From assembly GCA_964016885.1 (NCBI GenBank), contig OZ024748.1, positions 35,588,001 through 35,652,000 of the forward strand: a DNA stretch of 64,000 bases, written 5' to 3'. Of this stretch, positions 51,301 through 62,500 are shown piece after piece. This stretch comes from Eledone cirrhosa (lineage: Eukaryota). The notes below the pieces were generated by a model, which was not told where the DNA came from, searched no databases, and worked only from the letters and a program-made list of their open reading frames with translations. Numbering within the stretch: position 1 is the first letter of the stretch; each line of letters starts with the position of its first letter. The position numbers and the translations under genes are program-made.

Positions 51301-53849
51301 AGTGCTATTGTTACAGTTGTTATTGTTGTTGTTACTGTTGTAGTGCTATTGTTACAGTTGTTGTAGTTACTGTTGTAATGCTATTGTTACAGTTGTTGTT
51401 GTTACTGTTGTAGTGCTATTGTTACAGTTGTTATTGTTGTTCATACTGTTGTAGAGCTATTGTTACAGTTGTTATTGTTGTTGTTACTGTTGTAGTGCTA
51501 TTGTTACAGTTGTTGTTGTTACTGTTGTAGAGCTATTGTTACAGTTGTTATTGTTGTTGTTACTGTTGTAGTGCTAATGTTACAGTTGTTGTTGTTACTG
51601 TTGTAGGGCTATTGTTACAGTTGTTATTGTTGTAGTTACTGTTGTAGAGCTATTGTTACAGTTGTTATTGTTGTTGTTACTGTTGTAATGCTATTGTTAC
51701 AGTTGTTGTTACTGTTGTAGAGCTATTGTTACAGTTGTTATTGTTGTTGTTACTGTTGTAGTGCTATTGTTACAGTTGTCATTGTTGTTGTTACTGTTGT
51801 AGTGCTATTATTACAGTTGTTATTTTTTTGTTACTGTTGTAGTGCTATTGTTACAGTTGTTATTGGTGTTGTTACTGTTGTAGAGCTATTGTTACAGTTG
51901 TTATTGTTGTTGTTACTGTTGTAGTGCTATTGTTAGTTGTTATTGTTGTTGTTACTCTTGTAGAGCTATTTTTACAGTTGTTATTGTTGTTGTTACTGTT
52001 GTAGAGCTATTTTTACAGTTGTTATTTTAATTGTTGCTCTTGTAGATCTATTGTTACAGTTGTTATTTTTGTTGTTACTGTTGTAGTGCTATTGTTACAG
52101 TTGTTATTGGTATTGTTACTGTTGTAGTGCTATTGTTACAGTTGTTATTGTTGTTAATGTTGTAGAGCTATTTTTACAGTTGTTATTTTAGTTGTTACTG
52201 TTGTAGATCTATTGTTACAGTTGTTATTGTTGTTACTGTTGTAGTGCTATTGTTACAGTAGTTATTGTTGTTGTTACTGTTGTAATGCTATTGTTACAGT
52301 TGTTGTTGTTACTGTTGTAGTGCTATTGTTAGAGTTGTTATTGTTGTTGTTACTGTTGTAGTGCTATTGTTACAGTTGTTGTAGTTACTGTTGTAATGCT
52401 ATTGTTACAGTTGTTGTTGTTACTGTTGTAGTGCTATTGTTACAGTTGTTATTATTGTTCTTACTGTTGTAGAGCTATTGTTACAGTTGTTATTGTTGTT
52501 GTTACTGTTGTAGTGCTATTGTAACAGTTGTTATTGTTGTTGTTACTATTGTAGGGCTATTGTTACAGTTGTTGTTGTTACTGTTGTAGTGCTATTGTTA
52601 CAGTTGTTATTGTTGTTGTTACTGTTGTAGTTCTAATGTTACAGTTGTTGTTGTTACTGTTGTAGGGCTATTGTTACAGTTGTTATTGTTGTTGTTACTG
52701 TTGTAGGGCTATTGTTACAGTTGTTGTTGTTACTGTTGTAGAGCTATTGTTACAGTTGTTATTGTTGTTGTTACTGTTGTAGTGCTAATGTTACAGTTGT
52801 TGTTGTTACTGTTGTAAAGCTATTGTTACAGTTATTATTGTTGTTGTTACTGTTGTAGAGCTATTGTTACAGTTGTTATTGTTGTTGTTACTGTTGTAAT
52901 GCTATTGTTACAGTTGTTGTTGTAACTGTTGTAGAGCTATTGTTACAGTTGTTATTGTTGTTGTTACTGTTGTAGTGCTATTGTTACAGTTGTCATTGTT
53001 GTTGTTACTGTTGTAGTGCTATTATTACAGTTGTTATTTTTGTTGTTACTGTTGTAGTTCTATTGTTACAGTTGTTATTGGTGTTGTTACTGTTGTAGAG
53101 CTATTGTTACATTTGTTATTGTTGTTGTTACTGTTGTAGTGCTATTGTTACAGATGTTTTTGTTGTTACTGTTGCAGAGCTATTGTTACAGTTGTTATTG
53201 TTGTTGTTACTGTTGTAGTGCTATTGTTACAGTTGTTATTGTTGTTGTTACTGTTGTAGTGCTATTTTTACAGTTGTTATTGTTGTTGTTACTGTTGTAG
53301 ATCTATTGTTACAGTCGTTATTGTTGTTACTGTTGTAGTGCTATTGTTACAGTTGTTATTGTTGTTGTTACTGTTGTAGTGCTATTGTTACAGTTGTCAT
53401 TGTTGTTGTTACTGTTGTAGTGCTATTATTACAGTTGTTATTTTTGTTGTTACTGTTGTAGTTCTATTGTTACAGTTGTTATTGGTGTTGTTACTGTTGT
53501 AGAGCTATTGTTACAGTTGTTGTTGTTTTTGTTACTGTTGTAGTGCTATTGTTACAGTTGTCATTGTTGTTGTTACTCTTGTAGTGCTATTGTTACAGTT
53601 GTTATTGTTGTTGTTACTGTTGTAGTGCTATTGTTACAGTTGTTATTGTTGTTGTTACTGTTGTAGTGCTATTTTTACAGTTGTTATTGTTGTTGTTACT
53701 GTTGTAGATCTATTGTTACAGTCGTTATTGTTGTTACTGTTGTAGTGCTATTGTTACAGTTGTTATTGTTGTTGTTACTGTTGTAGTGCTATTGTTACTG
53801 TTGTTGTTGTTACTGTTGTAGTGCTATTGTTACAGTTGTTATTGTTGTT
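46962..53849. repeat. Near-identical tandem duplication, period 3,431 bp (two copies)
   Basis: Constant 3,431 offset: GCCATT 47645/51076, TTTTAATT 48598/52029, GTAAAGC 49385/52816. Match starts at 46962 and breaks at 53850. About four substitutions noticed by eye. Confidence 0.9.
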
Positions 53850-56540
53850 TTTACTGTTGTAGTTCTATTGTTACTGTTGTTGTTGTTACTGTTGTAGTGC
53901 TATTGTTATAGTTGTTAATGTTCTTGTTACTGTTGTAGTGCTATTGTTACTGTTGTTGTTGTTACTGTTTTAGTGCTTTTGTTACAGTTTGTTATTGTTG
54001 TTACTGTTGTTGTGCTATTGTTACAGTTGTTACTATTGTTACTGTTGCAGTGCTATTGTTACAGTTGTTATTGTTGTTGTTACTGTTGTAGTGCTATTGT
54101 TACTGTTGTTGTTGTTACTGTTGTAGTGCTATTGTTACAGTTGTTATTGTTTTTGTTACTGTTGTAGTTCTATTGTTACTGTTGTTGTTGTTACTGTTGT
54201 AGTGCTATTGTTAGAGTTGTTATTGTTCTTGTTACTGTTGTAGTGCTATTGTTACTGTTGTTGTTACTGTTGTAGTGCTTTTGTTACAGTTGTTATTGTT
54301 GTTGTTACTGTTGTAGTGCTAATGTTACAGTTGTTGTTGTTACTGTTGTAGTGCTATTGTTACAGTTGTTATTGTTGTTGTTACTGTTGTAATGCTATTG
54401 TTACAGTTGTTATTGTTGTTACTGTTGTAGTGCTATTGTTATAGTAGTTATTGTTGTTGTTACTGTTGTAATGCTATTGTTACAGTTGTTGTTGTTACTG
54501 TTGTAGCGCTATTGTTACAGTTGTTGTTGTTGTTGTTACTGTTGTAGAGCTAATGTTTCAGTTGTTGTTGTTACTGTTGTATTGCTATTGTTACAGTTGT
54601 TATTGTTGTTGTTACTGTTGTAATGCTATTGTTACAGTTGTTATTGTTGTTACTGTTGTAGTGCTATTGTTACAGTTGTTATTCTTGTTGTTACTGTTGT
54701 AGTGCTATTGTTACAGTTGTTATTGTTGTTGTTACTGCTGTAGTGTTAATGTTACAGTTGTTGTTGTTACTGTTGTAGGGCTATTGTTACAGTTGTTATT
54801 GTTGTTGTTACTGTTGTAGAGCTATTGTTACAGTTGTTGTTATTGTTGTTACTGTTGTAGAGCTATTGTTACAGTTGTTATTGTTGTTGTTACTGTTGTA
54901 GAGCTATTTTTACAGTTGTTATTTTAGTTGTTACTGTTGTAGATCTATTGTTACAGTTGTTATTGTTGTAGTGCTATTGTTACAGTTGTTATTGTTGTTG
55001 TTACTGTTGTAATGCTATTGTTACAGCTGTTGTTGTTGTTGTTACTCTTGTAGTGCTATTGTTACAGTTGTTATTGTTGTTGTTACTGTTGTACTGCTAT
55101 TGTTACAGTTGTTATTGTTGTTGTTACTGTTGTAGTGCTATTTTTACAGTTGTTATTGTTGTTGTTACTGTTGTAGATCTATTGTTACAGTCGTTATTGT
55201 TGTTACCGTTGTAGTGCTATTGTTACAGTTGTTATTGTTGTTACTGTTGCAGTGCTATTGTTACAGTTGTTATTGTTGTTGTTACTGTTGTAGTGCTATT
55301 GTTACTGTTGTTGTTGTTACTGTTGTAGTGCTATTGTTACAGTTGTTATTGTTGTTGTTACTGTTGTAGTTCTATTGTTACTGTTGTTGTTACTGTTGTA
55401 GTGCTATTGTTAGAGTTGTTATTGTTCTTGTTACTGTTGTAGTGCTATTGTTACTGTTGTTGTTGTTACTGTTTTAGTGCTTTTGTTACAGTTTGTTATT
55501 GTTGTTACTGTTGTAGTGCTATTGTTACAGTTGTTACTGTTGTTACTGTTGCAGTGCTATTGTTACAGTTGTTATTGTTGTTGTTACTGTTGTAGTGCTA
55601 TTGTTACTGTTGTTGTTGTTACTGTTGTAGTGCTATTGTTACAGTTGTTATTGTTGTTGTTACTGTTGTAGTTCTATTGTTACTGTTGTTGTTGTTACTG
55701 TTGTAGTGCTATTGTTAGAGTTGTTATTGTTCTTGTTACTGTTGTAGTGCTATTGTTACTGTTGTTGTTGTTACTGTTGTAGTGCTTTTGTTACAGTTGT
55801 TATTGTTGTTGTTACTGTTGTAGTGCTAATGTGACAGTTGTTGTTGTTACTGTTGTAGTGCTATTGTTACAGTTGTTATTGTTGTTGTTACTGTTGTAAT
55901 GCTATTGTTACAGTTGTTATTGTTGTTACTGTTGTAGTGCTATTGTTATAGTAGTTATTGTTGTTGTTACTGTTGTAATGCTATTGTTACAGTTGTTGTT
56001 GTTACTGTTGTAGCGCTATTGTTACAGTTGTTGTTGTTGTTGTTACTGTTGTAGAGCTATTGTTTCAGTTGTTGTTGTTACTGTTGTATTGCTATTGTTA
56101 CAGTTGTTATTGTTGTTGTTACTGTTGTAATGCTATTGTTACAGTTGTTATTGTTGTTACTGTTGTAGTGCTATTGTTACAGTTGTTATTGTTGTTGTTA
56201 CTGTTGTAGTGCTATTGTTACAGTTGTTATTGTTGTTGTTACTGCTGTAGTGTTAATGTTACAGTTGTTGTTGTTACTGTTGTAGGGCTATTGTTACAGT
56301 TGTTATTGTTGTTGTTACTGTTGTAGAGCTATTGTTACAGTTGTTGTTGTTGTTGTTACTGTTGTAGAGCTATTGTTACAGTTGTTATTGTTGTTGTTAC
56401 TGTTGTAGAGCTATTTTTACAGTTGTTATTTTAGTTGTTACTGTTGTAGATCTATTGTTACAGTTGTTATTGTTGTAGTGCTATTGTTACAGTTGTTATT
56501 GTTGTTGTTACTGTTGTAATGCTATTGTTACAGTTGTTGT
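53650..56540. repeat. Tandem duplication, period ~1,504-1,507 bp
   Basis: The TTTTAGTGCTTTTGTTACAGTTTG block occurs at ORF starts 53973/55477, and TAGCGCTA occurs with GCGC at 54506/56013. Confidence 0.82.
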
Positions 56541-59500
56541 TGTTACTGTTGTAGAGCTATTGTTACAGTTGTTATTGTTGTTGTTACTGTTGTAGAGCTA
56601 TTGTTACAGTTGTTATTGTTGTTGTTACTGTTGTAGAGCTATTTTTACAGTTGATATTTTAGTTGTTAATGTTGTAGATCTATTGTTACAGTTGTTATTG
56701 TTGTAGTGCTATTGTTACAGTTGTTATTGTTGTTGTTACTGTTGTAGTGCTATTGTTACAGTTGTTATTTTTGTTGTTACTGTTTTAGTGCTATTTTTAC
56801 AGTTGTTATTGTTGTTGTTACTGTTGTAGATCTATTGTTACAGTTGTTATTGTTGTTACTGTTGTAGTGCTATTGTTACAGTTGTTATTGTTGTTGTTAC
56901 TGTTGTAATGCTATTGTTACAGTTGTTGTTGTTACTGTTGTAGTGCTATTGTTACAGTTGTTATTGTTGTTGTTACTGTTGTAGAGCTATTGTTACAGTG
57001 GTTATTGTTGTTGTTACTGTTGTAGTGCTATTGTTACAGATGTTATTGTTTTTGTTACTGTTGTAGAGCTATTGTTACAGTTGTCATTGTTGTTGTTACT
57101 GTTGTAGTGCTATTGTTACAGTTGTTATTGTTGTTGTTACTGTTGTAGTGCTATTGTTACAGTTGTTATTGTTGTTGTTACTGTTGTAGTGCCATTTTAC
57201 AGTTGTTATTTTTGTTGTTACTGTTGTAGAGCTATTGTTACAGTTGTTATTGTTGTTATTACTGTTGTAGATCTATTGTTACAGTTGTTATTGTTGTTAC
57301 TGCTTTAGTGCTATTGTTACAGTTGTTATTGTTGTTGTTACTGTTGTAGTGCTATTGTTACAGTTGTTATTGTTGTTACTGTTGTAGTGCTATTGTTACA
57401 GTTGTTACTGTTGTTACTGTTGTAGTGCTATTGTTACAGTTGTTATTGTTGTTACTGTTGTAGTGCTATTGTTACAGTTGTTACTGTTGTTACTGTTGTA
57501 GTGCTATTGTTACAGTTGTTATTGTTGTTGTTACTGTTGTAGTGCTATTATTACTGTTGTTGTTGTTACTGTTGTAGTGATATTGTTACTGTTGTTGTTG
57601 TTACTGTTGTAGTGCTATTGTTAGAGTTGTTATTGTTCTTTTTATTGTTGTAGTGCTATTTTTACTGTTGTTGTTACTGTTGTAGTGCTTTTGTTACAGT
57701 TGTTATTGTTGTTGTTACTGTTGTAGTGCTAATGCTACAGTTGTTGTTGTTACTGTTGTAGTGCTATTGTTGCAGTTGTTATTGTTGTTGTTACTGTTGT
57801 AATGCTATTGTTACAGTTGTTATTGTTGTTACTGTTGTAGTGCTATTGTTACAGTAGTTATTGTTGTTGTTACTGTTGTAATGCTATTGTTACAGTTGTT
57901 GTTGTTACTGTTGTAGTGCTATTGTTACAGTTGTTATTGTTGTTGTTACTGTTGCAGTGTTATTGTTACAGTTGTTGTTGTTACTGCTGTATTGCTATTG
58001 TTGCAGTTGTTATTGTTGTTGTTACTGTTGTAGTGCTATTGTTAGAGTTGTTATTGTTCTTGTTATTGTTGTAGTGCTATTTTTACTGTTGTTGTTACTG
58101 TTGTAGTGCTTTTGTTACAGTTGTTATTGTTGTTGTTACTGTTGTAGTGCTAATGTTACAGTTGTTGTTGTTACTGTTGTAGTGCTATTGTTGCAGTTGT
58201 TATTGTTGTTGTTACTGTTGTAATGCTATTGTTACAGTTGTTATTGTTGTTACTGTTGTAGTGCTATTGTTACAGTAGTTATTGTTGTTGTTACTGCTGT
58301 AGTGTTAATGTTACAGTTGTTGTTGTTACTGTTGTAGGGCTATTGTTACAGTTGTTATTGTTGTTGTTACTGTTGTAGAGCTATTGTTACAGTTGTTGTT
58401 GTTGTTGTTACTGTTGTAGAGCTATTGTTACAGTTGTTATTGTTGTTGTTACTGTTGTAGAGCTATTTTTACAGTTGTTATTTTAGTTGTTACTGTTGTA
58501 GATCTATTGTTACAGTTGTTATTGTTGTAGTGCTATTGTTACAGTTGTTATTGTTGTTGTTACTGTTTTAGTGCTATTGTTACAGTTGTTATTTTTGTTG
58601 TTACTGTTTTAGTGCTATTTTTACAGTTGTTATTGTTGTTGTTACTGTTGTAGATCTATTGTTACAGTTGTTATTGTTGTTACTGTTGTAGAGCTATTGT
58701 TACAGTTGTTATTGTTGTTGTTACTGTTATAGTGCCATTTTTACAGTTGTTATTGTTGTTGTTACTGTTGTAGAGCTATTGTTAAAGTTGTTATTGTTGT
58801 TGTTACTGTTGTAGATCTATTGTTACAGTTGTTATTGTTGTTACTGCTTTAGTGCTATTGTAACAGTTGTTATTGTTGTTGTTACTGTTGTAGTGCTATT
58901 GTTACAGTTGTTATTGTTGTTACTGTTGTAGTGCTATTGATACATGTGTTACTGTTGTTACTGTTGTAGTGCTATTGTTACAGTTGTTATTGTTGTTACT
59001 GTTGTAGTGCTATTGTTACAGTTGTTACTGTTGTTACTGTTGTAGTGCTATTGTTACAGTTGTTGTTGTTACTGTTGTATTGCTATTGTTGCAGTTGTTA
59101 TTGTTGTTGTTACTGTTGTAGAGCTAATGTTACAGTTGTTATTGTTGTTACTGTTGTAGTGCTATTGTTACAGTTGTTATTGTTGTTGTTACTGTTGCAG
59201 AGCTATTGTTACAGTTGTTGTTGTTACTGTTGTAGTGCTATTGTTACAGTTGTTATTGTTGTTGTTACTGTTGTAGTGCTATTGTTACAGTTGTTATTGT
59301 TGTTACTGTTGTAGTGCTATTGTTACAGTTGTTACTGTTGTTACTGTTGTAGTGCTATTGTTACAGTTGTTATTGTTGTTACTGTTGTAGTGCTATTGTT
59401 ACAGTTGTTACTGTTGTTACTGTTGTAGTGCTATTGTTACAGTTGTTATTGTTGTTGTTACTGTTGTAGTGCTATTGTTACTGTTGTTGTTGTTACTGTT

Positions 59501-62500
59501 GTAGTGATATTGTTACAGTTGTTATTGTTGTTGTTACTGTTGTAGTTCTATTGTTACTGTTGTTGTTGTTACTGTTGTAGTGCTATTGTTAGAGTTGTTA
59601 TTGTTCTTGTTATTGTTGTAGTGCTATTTTTACTGTTGTTGTTACTGTTGTAGTGCTTTTGTTACAGTTGTTATTGTTGTTGTTACTGTTTTAGTGCTAA
59701 TGTTACAGTTGTTGTTGTTACTGTTGTAGTGCTATTGTTGCAGTTGTTATTGTTGTTGTTACTGTTGTAATGCTATTGTTACAGTTGTTATTGTTGTTAC
59801 TGTTGTAGTGCTATTGTTACAGTAGTTATTGTTGTTGTTACTGCTGTAGTGTTAATGTTACAGTTGTTGTTGTTACTGTTGTAGGGCTATTGTTACAGTT
59901 GTTATTGTTGTTGTTACTGTTGTAGAGCTATTGTTACAGTTGTTGTTGTTGTTGTTACTGTTGTAGAGCTATTGTTACAGTTGTTATTGTTGTTGTTACT
60001 GTTGTAGAGCTATTTTTACAGTTGTTATTTTAGTTGTTACTGTTGTAGATCTATTGTTACAGTTGTTATTGTTGTAGTGCTATTGTTACAGTTGTTATTG
60101 TTGTTGTTACTGTTGTAATGCTATTGTTACAGTTGTTGTTGTTACTGTTGTAGAGCTATTGTTACAGTTGTTATTGTTGTTGTTACTGTTGTAGATCTAT
60201 TGTTACAGTTGTTATTGTTGTTACTGCTTTAGTGCTATTGTTACAGTTGTTATTGTTGTTGTTACTGTTGTAGTGCTATTGTTACAGTTGTTATTGTTGT
60301 TACTGTTGTAGTGCTATTGTTACAGTTGTTACTGTTGTTACTGTTGTAGTGCTATTGTTACAGTTGTTATTGTTGTTACTGTTGTAGTGCTATTGTTACA
60401 GTTGTTACTGTTGTTACTGTTGTAGTGCTATTGTTACAGTTGTTATTGTTGTTGTTACTGTTGTAGTGCTATTGTTACTGTTGTTGTTGTTACTGTTGTA
60501 GTGATATTGTTACAGTTGTTATTGTTGTTGTTACTGTTGTAGTTCTATTGTTACTGTTGTTGTTGTTACTGTTGTAGTGCTATTGTTAGAGTTGTTATTG
60601 TTCTTGTTATTGTTGTAGTGCTATTTTTACTGTTGTTGTTACTGTTGTAGTGCTTTTGTTACAGTTGTTATTGTTGTTGTTACTGTTGTAGTGCTAATGT
60701 TACAGTTGTTGTTGTTACTGTTGTAGTGCTATTGTTGCAGTTGTTATTGTTGTTGTTACTGTTGTAATGCTATTGTTACAGTTGTTGTTGTTACTGTTGT
60801 AGTGCTATTGTTACAGTTGTTATTGTTGTTGTTACTGTTGTAGAGCTATTGTTACAGTGGTTATTGTTGTTGTTACTGTTGTAGTGCTATTGTTACAGAT
60901 GTTATTGTTTTTGTTACTGTTGTAGAGCTATTGTTACAGTTGTCATTGTTGTTGTTACTGTTGTAGTGCTATTGTTACAGTTGTTATTGTTGTTGTTACT
61001 GTTGTAGTGCTATTGTTACAGTTGTTATTGTTGATGTTACTGTTGTAGAGCTATTGTTACAGTTGTTATTGTTGTTGTTACTGTTGTAGTGCCATTTTTA
61101 CAGTTGTTATTGTTGTTGTTACTGTTGTAGAGCTATTGTTAAAGTTGTTATTGTTGTTGTTACTGTTGTAGATCTATTGTTACAGTTGTTATTGTTGTTA
61201 CTGCTTTAGTGCTATTGTTACAGTTGTTATTGTTGTTGTTACTGTTGTAGTGCTATTGTTACAGTTGTTATTGTTGTTACTGTTGTAGTGCTATTGTTAC
61301 AGTTGTTACTGTTGTTACTGTTGTAGTGCTATTGTTACAGTTGTTATTGTTGTTACTGTTGTAGTGCTATTGTTACAGTTGTTACTGTTGTTACTGTTGT
61401 AGTGCTATTGTTACAGTTGTTGTTGTTACTGTTGTATTGCTATTGTTGCAGTTGTTATTGTTGTTGTTACTGTTGTAGAGCTAATGTTACAGTTGTTATT
61501 GTTGTTACTGTTGTAGTGCTATTGTTACAGTTGTTATTGTTGTTGTTACTGTTGCAGAGCTATTGTTACAGTTGTTGTTGTTACTGTTGTAGTGCTATTG
61601 TTACAGTTGTTATTGTTGTTGTTACTGTTGTAGTGCTATTGTTACAGTTGTTATTGTTGTTACTGTTGTAGTGCTATTGTTACAGTTGTTACTGTTGTTA
61701 CTGTTGTAGTGCTATTGTTACAGTTGTTATTGTTGTTACTGTTGTAGTGCTATTGTTACAGTTGTTACTGTTGTTACTGTTGTAGTGCTATTGTTACAGT
61801 TGTTATTGTTGTTGTTACTGTTGTAGTGCTATTGTTACTGTTGTTGTTGTTACTGTTGTAGTGATATTGTTACAGTTGTTATTGTTGTTGTTACTGTTGT
61901 AGTTCTACTGTTACTGTTGTTGTTGTTACTGTTGTAGTGCTATTGTTAGAGTTGTTATTGTTCTTGTTATTGTTGTAGTGCTATTTTTACTGTTGTTGTT
62001 ACTGTTGTAGTGCTTTTGTTACAGTTGTTATTGTTGTTGTTACTGTTGTAGTGCTAATGTTACAGTTGTTGTTGTTACTGTTGTAGTGCTATTGTTGCAG
62101 TTGTTATTGTTGTTGTTACTGTTGTAATGCTATTGTTACAGTTGTTATTGTTGTTACTGTTGTAGTGCTATTGTTACAGTAGTTATTGTTGTTGTTACTG
62201 CTGTAGTGTTAATGTTACAGTTGTTGTTGTTACTGTTGTAGGGCTATTGTTACAGTTGTTATTGTTGTTGTTACTGTTGTAGAGCTATTGTTACAGTTGT
62301 TGTTGTTGTTGTTACTGTTGTAGAGCTATTGTTACAGTTGTTATTGTTGTTGTTACTGTTGTAGAGCTATTTTTACAGTTGTTATTTTAGTTGTTACTGT
62401 TGTAGATCTATTGTTACAGTTGTTATTGTTGTAGTGCTATTGTTACAGTTGTTATTGTTGTTGTTACTGTTGTAATGCTATTGTTACAGTTGTTGTTGTT

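Larger units (their letters stand above)
21800..53849. repeat. Central subfamily domain: variable ~2.7-3.4 kb higher-order repeat, about 10 copies
   Basis: The block containing GTATTGCTATTGTTGCAATT recurs at equivalent positions 23424, 26539, 29467, 32814, 36199, 38928, 40651, 44077, 46806 (spacings 3115, 2928, 3347, 3385, 2729, 1723, 3426, 2729). GTTAAGCT (22354/25232) and TTAGGTG (22605/25483) are offset by 2,878. Confidence 0.88.
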
